Below, one piece after another: positions 55,827 to 64,000 of a DNA stretch of 64,000 nt. This DNA is from Candidatus Binatus sp. (lineage in GTDB: Bacteria; Desulfobacterota; Binatia; Binatales; Binataceae). The stretch is taken from contig NZ_JBEKFG010000001.1 of assembly GCF_050013435.1 (NCBI RefSeq), positions 12,556 through 76,555 of the forward strand, given 5' to 3'. The translations under genes and the position numbers were made by a program. The stretch's first letter is position 1. The number at the start of each line of letters is the position of its first letter. The notes under the pieces are model-generated. The model was not told the DNA's origin, searched no databases, and was given only the letters and a program-made list of their open reading frames with translations.

Positions 55827-56648
55827 ATGAGCACCGATCGCGCCCACGTTGCCGCCAATACCGACCGCTTCTCGGGCTTCGCCGAACTCTACGACAAGTA
55901 CCGGCCGCGACCGCCTGAAGTCATCGTGGATCTCCTGACGCAGTTGGCCGCAAAGGATCGCCCCGTGGTCGTCGATCTCGGCAGCGGCAGCGGCCTTTCG
56001 AGCCTCATCTGGACGCGACGGGCAGCCGAGGTCGTCGGCGTCGAGCCGAACGCCGACATGCGCGCGCAGGCTGATGAGCGCCGCGGGGCAGACTCCAGCG
56101 CCGGCGCGGTCAGGTTCATCGAGGGGCTCTCGACCGCGACCGGCCTTCCCGACCGTTACGCCGACATCGTGACCTGCTCGCAGTCTCTGCACTGGATGGA
56201 GCCGATCGGCACGTTGGCCGAGGTCGCACGCATTTTGCGCGACGGCGGCGTGTTCGCCGCTTACGACTGCGACTGGCCTCCGACGCTCAATGCCGAAGCC
56301 GAACAGGCCTACGACGCATGCCGGGCAAAGGCCGAGGCGATCGAGCGCTCGCGGCGTCTCGCGCCCGACGTGCTCAAGTGGAACAAGGGCGGGCATCTGG
56401 AAAGGATCAGGCAGAGCGGGCGGTTCCGCTACGTCAAGGAGGTCGTGCTTCATCACGTCGAGAATGGAGGCGCCCAGCGGCTGGTCGGGCTCGCGCTCAG
56501 CCAGGGCGAGATCGCCTCGCTGCTCAAGCACGGCATCGGCGAGGATGAGATCGGGATCACGGCGTTGCGCGAGGCGGCGCGCCACGCGCTCGGCGACGCG
56601 ATCGTGCCGTGGTTCTGGAGCTACCGCCTCAGGATCGGCATCAAATAG
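55827..56648 (+). CDS. class I SAM-dependent methyltransferase
   Basis: Motif I VVDLGSGSGLSS. Post-I VVGVEPN. Start trimmed to ATG 55827; the upstream part of track ORF 55719 is repeat sequence. Confidence 0.8.
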   Translation: MSTDRAHVAANTDRFSGFAELYDKYRPRPPEVIVDLLTQLAAKDRPVVVDLGSGSGLSSLIWTRRAAEVVGVEPNADMRAQADERRGADSSAGAVRFIEGLSTATGLPDRYADIVTCSQSLHWMEPIGTLAEVARILRDGGVFAAYDCDWPPTLNAEAEQAYDACRAKAEAIERSRRLAPDVLKWNKGGHLERIRQSGRFRYVKEVVLHHVENGGAQRLVGLALSQGEIASLLKHGIGEDEIGITALREAARHALGDAIVPWFWSYRLRIGIK

Positions 56649-56775
56649 CAGGGGTGACCCCTGCACCGCAGGGCTGAGCCCTGGACCCACCGTTAAGGCC
56701 GCGCTCCGTTGTCGCGCGCGGTCTCTTAATACTGGTCAGCCGTGCCAGCGGGGCCAGGAGGTGAGGTTGCCCCGG
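56649..56775 (+). repeat. intergenic palindromic repeat element, copy 4
   Basis: CAGGGGTGACCCCTGCACCGCAGGGCTGAGCCCTGGACCCACCGTTAAGGCCGCGCTCCGTTGTCGCGCGCGGTCTCTTAATACTGGTCAGCCGTGCCAGCGGGGCCAGG. Begins right at the methyltransferase stop. Confidence 0.8.
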
Positions 56776-56898
56776 ATGTGTGGACACTCGGGTTATGGGG
56801 AAAGAGACGGAATGCAAAATGAAATGAGCAATGTTTTAAGCCTCAACGTTTGGAAAGTTCGACAGCCAAAACATCCCGCTCTGCCTACAACTTTTTGC

Positions 56899-56914
56899 GG
56901 GCATAGTTCCTGCT
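56899..56914 (+). promoter_or_regulatory. weak sigma-54-like -24/-12 motif
   Basis: GGGCAT-AGTTC-CTGCT. GG and GC are correctly spaced but there are three mismatches to consensus. Lies 40 nt upstream of ATG 56954. Confidence 0.25.
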
Positions 56915-56953
56915 CCCTATCCGGGTGGAGGCTACCAAACCAAACAAGCCCGT

Positions 56954-57289
56954 ATGAAGAGAATAGAAGCAGTAGTCGTGCGCTCGGCCCTGGACGACTT
57001 CCACCGATGCGCCAGACGGCTCGGAATTTTCGGATTCGACTTATCTGAGGAGCATCCCAAGCTCCCGTATCACCAACGACTCGCCACCGCCATCGAGTGC
57101 GCTCCCGATACCCCGTCGAGGTTCAAAATAGATTTCGCGGTCCTCGACGAAGAGACTAAGCCCACCATTCACGCCGTTCTCGAATCCGTCCATCCCGAAA
57201 GCATCGGAATTTTCAAATTTGATCAGGACACCCGGCCGGAAACACCTGCCCGGCGCATCTCACTCCTAAAGATTAGCAGCTTGCCTTAG
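56954..57289 (+). CDS. P-II-like fold protein with a divergent T-loop
   Basis: MKRIEAVVVRSALDDFHRCARRLGIFGFDLSE... and RFKIDFAVLDEETKPTIHAVLES...IGIFKF parallel the beta-alpha-beta x2 pattern of GlnB/P-II. The GxGxQKG T-loop is absent. Confidence 0.5.
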   Translation: MKRIEAVVVRSALDDFHRCARRLGIFGFDLSEEHPKLPYHQRLATAIECAPDTPSRFKIDFAVLDEETKPTIHAVLESVHPESIGIFKFDQDTRPETPARRISLLKISSLP

Positions 57290-57374
57290 GCGACACGGCC
57301 GGCGAGGTTGGCCTCCCCACCACGACAGAAGAGGTCGTGCTGCCGGCAGAGCTTGCGCGTATATTGAACCCGCG

Positions 57375-58709
57375 ATGATCAGCCTGCACGAAATCGTTAT
57401 CGTCTCGATGCTGGGACTACTGACGACGTCCTCGTCAATCCTGGGCGCTGCGCTGGGTCTGTATGTCCCAATCTCCAAGCGCACGATGGCTTGCGTGCTG
57501 GCCTTTGCTGCCGGCGCCCTCATCAGCGCGTTGGCGATAGAATTGGCGTTCGAAGGCGCCCAGGAACTGCATCAGCAGGGTTTCAACGCCAATGCGTCAA
57601 CGGCTTTCATCGGCAGCGGCTTCGCGCTGGGCGCAGTCATCTACTATTTCACGGCTTTGTTCCTCGACCAGAAGGGGGCGGCGATACGCTACCCGACGCG
57701 ATTTCGCGAATATGCGCTGGGACAGAAGCAGAAGGATGCGAAGGAGACAATTGAGCTGCTGTCGAAATGCGATCTGCTGCGCCATCTGCCGCCCGAAGAG
57801 GTCGAACGAATCCTGCCCTGCGTCCGCACCCGCCATCTCGACGGCGGTGAGATTCTCTTCAATGCCGGCGATGCAGGAGACGCGCTTTACATCGTGGCGC
57901 GAGGCAAGGTCGACGTGTTGTCGGCTGGCGATCATCGCAACGGCGGACACGTCAGCGGAGAAAAGCTCGCGGAACTGGGCGAAGGTCAGGCATTCGGCGA
58001 GATGGCCCTGCTCAGTGGAGAGCCGCGTACTGCGACGATTCAATCAGCCGCCCAAACGGACCTGTTGGAAATCGGCCGGGAGGACTTCGATCGTCTGCTT
58101 TTGAACGACCGTCAGTTGGCGACCGCGGTGGAACGGCTCAGCCACCAACGGGCGCTCAAGAATCTGAGTTCCGGCGCCGGTAATCCTTCGCGGTGGGCCA
58201 AGGTGGCGGCCAGCAATCTCGAGCATCTGAGCAGGAGTGAAGCGGAAAAGATCCTGGTCGAGGCCGGCCATGGCGCGGGGATGGCAATCGTTCTCGGAAA
58301 CATTCTGGATACGATTCCCGGATGTTTGGTGATCGGTGCGAAGTTCGCCGGCTTGGCGACTTTGTCGATCACACTCATCATGGGGATGTTCGTGGGTGGA
58401 ATCCCGGAGGCGGCGGCAAGCGCTTCGATGCTCAAGCGGGCAGGCTATAGCCCGGTTGCGATTTTTGCCTTATGGTCGGCCGTTCTTGTGGCGGGAATCG
58501 TGGCGGCGGCGGCCGGAAAGATATTCGTCGGTTCCGGATCTCACGTGGCGATTTTCTCTCAGGCGGTAGCCGGAGGCGCGGTGCTTGCACTGGTTGCGCA
58601 TGCGATGATTCCGGAAGCCATCCATGAGGGGGGATCGTTGGTTGTGCTGCCGACGGTCGCGGGCTTTCTGTTCGCGTTGTGGCTGGCGCTGGCTCAGTCG
58701 TTCGCTTGA
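57375..58709 (+). CDS. ZIP-like membrane protein with a cyclic-nucleotide-binding domain in the central cytoplasmic loop
   Basis: 3 TM, then a cNMP-binding domain (GEILFNAGDAGDALYIVARGKVDV...GEGQAFGEMALLSGEPRTATIQ), then 5 TM. ZIP-like motifs LGNILDTIPG, GGIPEAAASA and HAMIPEA. Confidence 0.65.
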   Translation: MISLHEIVIVSMLGLLTTSSSILGAALGLYVPISKRTMACVLAFAAGALISALAIELAFEGAQELHQQGFNANASTAFIGSGFALGAVIYYFTALFLDQKGAAIRYPTRFREYALGQKQKDAKETIELLSKCDLLRHLPPEEVERILPCVRTRHLDGGEILFNAGDAGDALYIVARGKVDVLSAGDHRNGGHVSGEKLAELGEGQAFGEMALLSGEPRTATIQSAAQTDLLEIGREDFDRLLLNDRQLATAVERLSHQRALKNLSSGAGNPSRWAKVAASNLEHLSRSEAEKILVEAGHGAGMAIVLGNILDTIPGCLVIGAKFAGLATLSITLIMGMFVGGIPEAAASASMLKRAGYSPVAIFALWSAVLVAGIVAAAAGKIFVGSGSHVAIFSQAVAGGAVLALVAHAMIPEAIHEGGSLVVLPTVAGFLFALWLALAQSFA

Positions 58710-58784
58710 TTCAACGCTCAAGAGATTCAAGCTTTTCGCGCCGGTGATAGCCGCGAACGCTCGATAGCCGATCGAGCGCGCGTG

Positions 58785-59612
58785 CTAGGAAGTGGCGCCG
58801 ATGCCCCAGTGCAGAGCGTTACGAATCAGCGTCTGGTATTGCGGCGTTTCCCACGAGCCGCGAAAAACCATCGGCGTAGCTCCTGAAGGCTCGACGCTCG
58901 AATCGACAAACGGCTGAACGTTGCTTATCGGCGAGTGACAGTGGCCCAGCGCGATGTAGGCGACTTCGCCCATCCCGGTCTGGCGCGTGTATCCGAGTAC
59001 GCGGGTTTTGCCGTCGGGCAGTATCGAGGTATCGGCGTCGTAAACGAAACCGAATCCGGGCGGCGATGGGTCTGTTTCGAGCACGGTCGTGAGTATCACG
59101 TGGCTGTTGGCGGGGTCCTCAAGCTCGATGAGATAGAGTTCGTCCTTGACCTCGAAGGACGCCGGCAGCCCCTGCGTGAGCGCATGCTCGCGATCGGCTA
59201 CGTCAACGCGAAACTTGCGCACCGGGGGATGGTTGAGAAAGAAGCAGCCAAGCGTGTCGTGATAGCCGCCCTTCACCATTTTTCGGACGTAACGCTTCCC
59301 GCTCACTGGCGCTGCCTTCCCACCGCTGGTGCCGTGAAGCGCGAGCCATCGTCCGCCCGCTTCGAGCCAGTTGCGAATGAACTGGTTCTGTTCGTCATTG
59401 GGATACGGCCCGGCAACGTAGGTGATCAGTAACCGGCTGCCGGGCAGCCACTTGGCGACATCGGCGAAGTCATTGCCGCTGGTCGTAAGCACCCCCGAGT
59501 TCTGTTGCAGAAGGCCGAGCAGGCACAACCGCACGAAATCCATGTCATGGCCGGCGAAGGAACCAGGAGGAAATCCTCCGGTGATAAGATGGACTCGAAT
59601 CGGGGTTGTCAT
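58785..59612 (-). CDS. ThuA-domain (class I glutamine amidotransferase-like) protein
   Basis: IRVHLITGG...HD..., LLITYVAG...QFIRNWLEAGGRWLALHGTSGG. Confidence 0.55.
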   Translation of the reverse strand: MTTPIRVHLITGGFPPGSFAGHDMDFVRLCLLGLLQQNSGVLTTSGNDFADVAKWLPGSRLLITYVAGPYPNDEQNQFIRNWLEAGGRWLALHGTSGGKAAPVSGKRYVRKMVKGGYHDTLGCFFLNHPPVRKFRVDVADREHALTQGLPASFEVKDELYLIELEDPANSHVILTTVLETDPSPPGFGFVYDADTSILPDGKTRVLGYTRQTGMGEVAYIALGHCHSPISNVQPFVDSSVEPSGATPMVFRGSWETPQYQTLIRNALHWGIGATS

Positions 59613-59706
59613 ATTGCGTTCAAGTCTAGCGGAGAAACGCCGGTCGCGGCACCTCTATCGATGCGCGACACTCGCGTGAATTCGTACTACAACATCAGCT
59701 TGACGA

Positions 59707-61038
59707 GTGAAGACGTTTCCCGAAATTCCCGACAATCCCGCAGGACGCCAGCTTCGATGGTATCTGGAGCGCGTTGTCTCGGCCGGCGAAGGCGCCTCCG
59801 AGGCGGAGCTCGACGCTCGATGCGCCTTAAACATGTCCGTCCGCGCGCCATTTCCTTATCGGCATGAAGTGCTCACCGGAGGATGGAAGCGCTGCAGGGA
59901 TAGCTACGGCGATTTCACGGTGGCGTCGGTCGAGCAAGCGTCCGACTTCAACTTGACGGTCATCCAAACCAGCGGCGATAGGAAATGGCGGCTCTCGATC
60001 GAGGTCGAGCACACCGAGCCGCATCGAATAACCGTGCTTGCTCGTGATCGTATCCTCGATTTCGAGGTGGTGTCGCGCGAAGCGACTATGGCTGACGCGG
60101 CCGTGCTCGCCGATATCGAGCGGCGATGCCCGATCGTGCTGGGCGACGGCGTCACGATGACTATCGAGCGCGGCGACGACTACTTTGCGTTCACGCGGCT
60201 GATGGATAATTTTCTGGCTGCGGTGGGCTTCGTGGATGGAAAACCAGCCGGCGTCAACGTAGCCGCTCTGCATACCGTGCGGGTCGCAGCGCGCGACTAT
60301 CGAATCCACGCGTTCGCTCACCTGCGCATTCTTCCGGAGCATCAGAAGAAAGGCTTGTGGGGTGCGATAAATCGCGTTTTCGACGAGAAGTACCCGGAGG
60401 GTTCGTCGGACGGAAGCACCGCGTATCCGTCGGTCGACAATGCGGCGATGCTGCGAGGCTTCGCGGGGGCGCCTCGATGGAGCACTCATCAGATTCGCGC
60501 ACAACTGCCGTGCGCATCGCTCGCCGGCCCGCAAGTCGGACGACCGGCTACGCCGCGCGATGCGGCGCGGATCGTCGAAATTCTCAACGCGACCCACCAA
60601 TCCGACGAGATGTACCTGCCGTACACCGTGGACTCGTTCAGCGCTCGTGTCGAGCGTTCGCCGCGAGACTACTGCTGGGAACGGGTGCGGATGACAGATC
60701 GCGCGGTGGTGGGAGTATGGCCCGCCGGCGACACCGTACGGTTTATCATCGAATCGAAGGGAGAGCGGACGGAGTCGCGGCGCGGTCTTGCGCTGGATTG
60801 GGGATTTTTGCCGGGCGCGGAGGACGAGTTCGAAGCGATTATCCGCGCGCAATGCGGATGGCTTTCCGATCGCGGCCTGGACCGACTTTCGCTCTTCACG
60901 TCGGAGGCGTCCGCCGGATACGAGCGCGTGCGCGCGCTGGCAAGCGAGTTGGAACGGTTTGTGGTGATTTCACACGGTATCCCGGAGCCGGCGGGCGCTG
61001 CATCTCGCGGCCTGTACGTGGATCCGATTTACTTTTAG
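59707..61038 (+). CDS. hypothetical protein with a GNAT-like acetyltransferase core
   Basis: GTG start. Central HAFAHLRILPEHQKKGLWGAINRVF resembles GNAT motif A (Q/RxxGxG/A). 443 aa. Confidence 0.5.
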   Translation: MKTFPEIPDNPAGRQLRWYLERVVSAGEGASEAELDARCALNMSVRAPFPYRHEVLTGGWKRCRDSYGDFTVASVEQASDFNLTVIQTSGDRKWRLSIEVEHTEPHRITVLARDRILDFEVVSREATMADAAVLADIERRCPIVLGDGVTMTIERGDDYFAFTRLMDNFLAAVGFVDGKPAGVNVAALHTVRVAARDYRIHAFAHLRILPEHQKKGLWGAINRVFDEKYPEGSSDGSTAYPSVDNAAMLRGFAGAPRWSTHQIRAQLPCASLAGPQVGRPATPRDAARIVEILNATHQSDEMYLPYTVDSFSARVERSPRDYCWERVRMTDRAVVGVWPAGDTVRFIIESKGERTESRRGLALDWGFLPGAEDEFEAIIRAQCGWLSDRGLDRLSLFTSEASAGYERVRALASELERFVVISHGIPEPAGAASRGLYVDPIYF

Positions 61039-61144
61039 GATGATGCACCTTCAACTTTCGTGGGCGCCTCAGGAACATCATCTGTTCGACTGTCGTCGAT
61101 CAGCTTGGCGCCGCTGATAGCAAAGTGATTGGAGGAGATGCGCG

Positions 61145-62107
61145 ATGAAAGCTGCTGTCTATTATCAAAACGGTGGTCCCGAGGTTCTCAAGTACGAGGA
61201 CGTTCCCGATCCCGTATGCCATCCGAAAGGCGTTGTGATCCGCGTCGAGGCCGTGAGCATCGAGGGCGGCGATACGCTCAATCGTTGGCATGGAGCATTG
61301 CTCACCAAGCCGCACGTGGTTGGCTACCAGGCCGCCGGCGAGATTGTCGAGGTTGGTTCGGAGGTAACCGACCTTCGGGTCGGCCAGAAAGTGACTACTG
61401 TTTACAACTTCGGCTCTCACGCCGCGTTGCGAGCGGTGCCGGCCCGCAACGCATGGCCGGTCCCAAAAGGACTCGACATCCAGCTTGCCGCAGCTATCCC
61501 CGTGCCGTTCGGCACCGCCGACGATTGTCTGTTCGAGTACGGCAAGCTCAAGGAGGGAGAGACGGTGCTGGTGCAGGCGGGCGCGAGCGGCGTCGGCGTT
61601 GCCGCAATTCAGCTTGCCAAGCGGGCAGGCGCGACCGTGCTCGCGACCGCGTCGAGCGACGCGCGGCTGGAACGGCTCAAGCCGCTCGGTCTCGATCATG
61701 GGATCAACTACCGGACCGATGACGTCGTAAAGTCGGTCATGAAAATTACCAACAACCGGGGCGTCGATCTCGTGGTTGACCCTGTCGGCGGCGCGACCCT
61801 GCAGGGCAGCCTGCTATCGCTGGCCTATCGCGGCCGCGTCTCGATGGTTGGCGCGGCGGGCCGCGAACCGATGACGGTGGACGTCTCCCCGCTGATGGCG
61901 GGCAACCGCTCTTTGACCGGAGTTTTTCTGGGCGCGGAAATAGGCACCGAGCGCGCGCATAATATGATCCAGCGCCTGATCGAGGAGATCGCCCGCGGCG
62001 AATACACGGTCGTGATCGATCGAACCTTCCCGCTATCGGAGGCGGGCGCCGCCCACGCTTACATCGAGAGCCGGCAGGCAGTGGGCAGGGTTCTTCTGAT
62101 CCCATAG
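61145..62107 (+). CDS. NADPH:quinone oxidoreductase / zinc-type alcohol dehydrogenase superfamily (MDR)
   Basis: MKAAVYYQNGGPEVLKYEDVPDP and the nucleotide fold VLVQAGASGVGVAAIQLAKRAGA. Confidence 0.85.
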   Translation: MKAAVYYQNGGPEVLKYEDVPDPVCHPKGVVIRVEAVSIEGGDTLNRWHGALLTKPHVVGYQAAGEIVEVGSEVTDLRVGQKVTTVYNFGSHAALRAVPARNAWPVPKGLDIQLAAAIPVPFGTADDCLFEYGKLKEGETVLVQAGASGVGVAAIQLAKRAGATVLATASSDARLERLKPLGLDHGINYRTDDVVKSVMKITNNRGVDLVVDPVGGATLQGSLLSLAYRGRVSMVGAAGREPMTVDVSPLMAGNRSLTGVFLGAEIGTERAHNMIQRLIEEIARGEYTVVIDRTFPLSEAGAAHAYIESRQAVGRVLLIP

Positions 62108-62140
62108 GGTTACAATCTTCGCGGACCCAGCTAGCGAAGA

Positions 62141-64000
62141 ATGCCGGCGGCAACCAAAGCAAAACCTCGTAGCGAAGCGCCAACCGCGGCGCCGCGTCCG
62201 GCCGCAGCGCGGTGGGGGATTCCTGTTTCGCCGAGGCTCCGCGCGCAAGCCGGCGGGCTGACGCTGCTGGGGCTTGCGCTGATCGTAAATGCAATATTGC
62301 TCGCGCCGGAGATTCGCATCGAGCGGGTTCCGGTCAACGACCTGAGCTTTCATATCGCAGCGTCGCAGCGCCTCGCCCGTAGCCTTATCACGGGTGATTC
62401 GCTGCTCGATCCATGGGTGTCGCAATGGGCGCTGGGCTTTCCGCTGTGGCACTTCTATCAGCCGATCCCACACATGGTGGCCGGGCTGTGGCTGGCGCTC
62501 ACGAGTCATTTCGCTTCGGCGCCGGCGTCATTCGCAGTGCTTTACTATCTGTTGCTGGCAGCGGTGCCGGCCTGCACCTACATCGGCGCGCGGCTACTGG
62601 GCCTGGAGCCGATCGCCGCGGGATTCGCGTCGATTCTGATCATCGCAGTGAGCGAGGTGGGCGACTTCAGCCGCTACGGGCTGTCTTACGGCGCGTATGT
62701 TCGGCGCGGCTCGGGCCTGTACACGCAACTGATGTCGTTCGATCTGCTGATGCCGGCGCTAGGACTCGCCGCCCACTCTCTGAACACGGGCCGGCGGCGA
62801 ATTCTGGCAGCCTGCCTGGTTGCGGCCACCGCACTCTCGCACGTCGTGTTCGGCTACGCGGCGATTCTTTCGATAGCAATCATGGCGCTGGTCGGACCGC
62901 GGGGCGATCGCTCGCGCCGAGTCGTCCGCGCCGCATCGATCCTGATTCCTGCCGTCATCCTGCTTGCGTGGTTCGTCGTTCCGATGCTGCTGGCCAGCGG
63001 CGAGATCAACCGGTGCCGATGGGATGACGTTTGGAAGTTCGATTCGTGGGGTGCGGGCAACGCGCTCAACGAACTGTTCTCGGGGCGCTTTCTCGACTGG
63101 GGCCGCTTGCCGGTAATGACGTTGGCGCTGGCGGCGGCGTCGTTGCTCGCGCTGTATCGCTGGAAAAGGCCGATGCCGCGGCGCCTGCTGGTTCTCACCG
63201 CGGTGTGGCTCCTGATCTTTTTCGGCCGCACGACCTGGGGATATTTCATGCTCGCGCTGGGGCTGCCCGGGACGTTTCACGTCAGCCGTTTCGAGTCGGT
63301 TTTTGAACTGTTTGCCGTGCTGTTGACGGCCTGGGCGTTGGCTAAAATCGTCGCCGCCGCATGGCGGGTCGGATACTGGGGCAAGGTTGCGACGGTGATT
63401 GCGCTTGGCGCGATCGCGGTCGTGATTTTCGCCGAGCGCGCGAGTTACCTGAAGCAGAACGACAATTGGGGAGACGAAAGTCTCGCGGCGATTGCGCGCG
63501 AGGGTGGCGACCTCGACGCCGCGCTCGGCGACATCCGCACCATCCTGCGCGAGCGTCCGGGCCGCGTCTGGGCCGGTCCGGCGGGAATGTGGGGCGCCAA
63601 GTTCAAGATCGCCGGGTCGCAGCCGTACTCGTTTCTCTCGCTGGCGGGGTTGGATGAACTCAGCTTTCTCTATCATAGCTTGTCGTGGAACTCGGACGTG
63701 ACGGCCGAACTCGACGACCGCGATCCCTACCAGGTCAAGCTGTTTGCGATGCGCGCGGCGCTGGCGCCCGTGACTCAGCCGATGCCCCCCGAGTTCAAGC
63801 GTCGCGCAGTTCACGGCGCCCTGGCGGTTTACGAGGCCTCCAGCGAAGGCTACTTCGGCCTGGTGGACATTGGCGCCCGTTACGATGGCCCGTTGTCGAC
63901 CGTGCTCAATCGCGACTGGGGATGGATGCAGGATTCCGCGGTGCGCGCAGGCGCGGTGGTCGCGCTGGGCGGCGATATCAGCGGATTGCCGCAATGGAAG
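62141..64000 (+). CDS. large polytopic membrane protein, unknown function; continues past the right edge
   Basis: Not in the ORF track because there is no stop in the window. ATG 62141 opens 620 codons running to position 64000. Begins MPAATKAKPRSEAP...GLTLLGLALIVNAILLAP. About 10 hydrophobic helices are followed by a soluble region. The antisense 411-aa track ORF is Arg-rich and judged spurious. Confidence 0.65.
   Translation, partial: MPAATKAKPRSEAPTAAPRPAAARWGIPVSPRLRAQAGGLTLLGLALIVNAILLAPEIRIERVPVNDLSFHIAASQRLARSLITGDSLLDPWVSQWALGFPLWHFYQPIPHMVAGLWLALTSHFASAPASFAVLYYLLLAAVPACTYIGARLLGLEPIAAGFASILIIAVSEVGDFSRYGLSYGAYVRRGSGLYTQLMSFDLLMPALGLAAHSLNTGRRRILAACLVAATALSHVVFGYAAILSIAIMALVGPRGDRSRRVVRAASILIPAVILLAWFVVPMLLASGEINRCRWDDVWKFDSWGAGNALNELFSGRFLDWGRLPVMTLALAAASLLALYRWKRPMPRRLLVLTAVWLLIFFGRTTWGYFMLALGLPGTFHVSRFESVFELFAVLLTAWALAKIVAAAWRVGYWGKVATVIALGAIAVVIFAERASYLKQNDNWGDESLAAIAREGGDLDAALGDIRTILRERPGRVWAGPAGMWGAKFKIAGSQPYSFLSLAGLDELSFLYHSLSWNSDVTAELDDRDPYQVKLFAMRAALAPVTQPMPPEFKRRAVHGALAVYEASSEGYFGLVDIGARYDGPLSTVLNRDWGWMQDSAVRAGAVVALGGDISGLPQWK

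Noticed and set aside
22150-56775. Could the four shared repeats be a CRISPR array or IS termini?
   Set aside because: Copies are 15-18 kb apart, apart from one pair 1 kb apart. There are no regular spacers, no cas genes, no transposase ORF and no terminal inverted repeats flanking a coding core. They fit REP/MITE-like intergenic elements better.
58760-58780. Hairpin CGCTCGAT-AGCCG-ATCGAGCG between the convergent ZIP-like and ThuA genes
   Set aside because: An 8-bp stem with no U-tract on either strand. It could be a weak bidirectional terminator, but the evidence is insufficient.
62759-63994. 411-aa minus-strand ORF at the right edge
   Set aside because: The plus frame, open from 62141 to 64000, encodes coherent TM helices. 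The minus product is highly basic and low-complexity.

Overview
High-GC (visibly about 65%) chromosomal segment from a Gram-negative-type bacterium (secretin, RND exporter, lipoproteins). I cannot assign taxonomy from sequence alone. Coding density is high, and most long ORFs antisense to real genes are high-GC artefacts.

Recognisable content, left to right:
- USP / DksA-TraR / CBS / MFS genes.
- Two exported enzymes or beta-propellers.
- A REC-hemerythrin protein.
- A minus-strand Tad/Cpa (Flp) pilus locus: flp, cpaB, cpaC, cpaE, cpaF, tadB, tadC.
- A tetrapyrrole/siroheme cluster: sirC-like, ccsA-like, hemA, hemC, cobA-hemD, and hemB opposite.
- Housekeeping genes: lon, glgA, rnhA, trxB, moaC, rlmI-like.
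- A sulfotransferase / BNR / RND / ABC / ABC-2 / YceI block.
- An amidase / DUF3237 / ceramidase-like / M28 / methyltransferase block.
- A P-II-like gene followed by a ZIP-like cNMP-binding membrane protein.
- A large membrane protein running off the right edge.

I found no rRNA, tRNA, CRISPR array, transposase, prophage or recognisable defence system.

I did not find a clear-cut large novel multi-gene system. The best second-look candidates are:
1. A sigma-54-promoted tandem pair of about 58-aa tail-anchored peptides, absent from the ORF track.
2. A modular palindromic intergenic repeat family with 4 copies, all just 3' of plus-strand genes.
3. A structured leader ending in an intrinsic terminator that abuts the RBS of a DUF4242-adenylate cyclase fusion.
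4. A P-II-like plus ZIP-like/cNMP-binding gene pair.
5. A possible sulfated-lipid or isoprenoid export cluster.
6. An flp gene followed by two decayed flp paralogs, in a Tad locus with no visible prepilin peptidase.

All family names come from my recognition of motifs in the translations. No database search was run.
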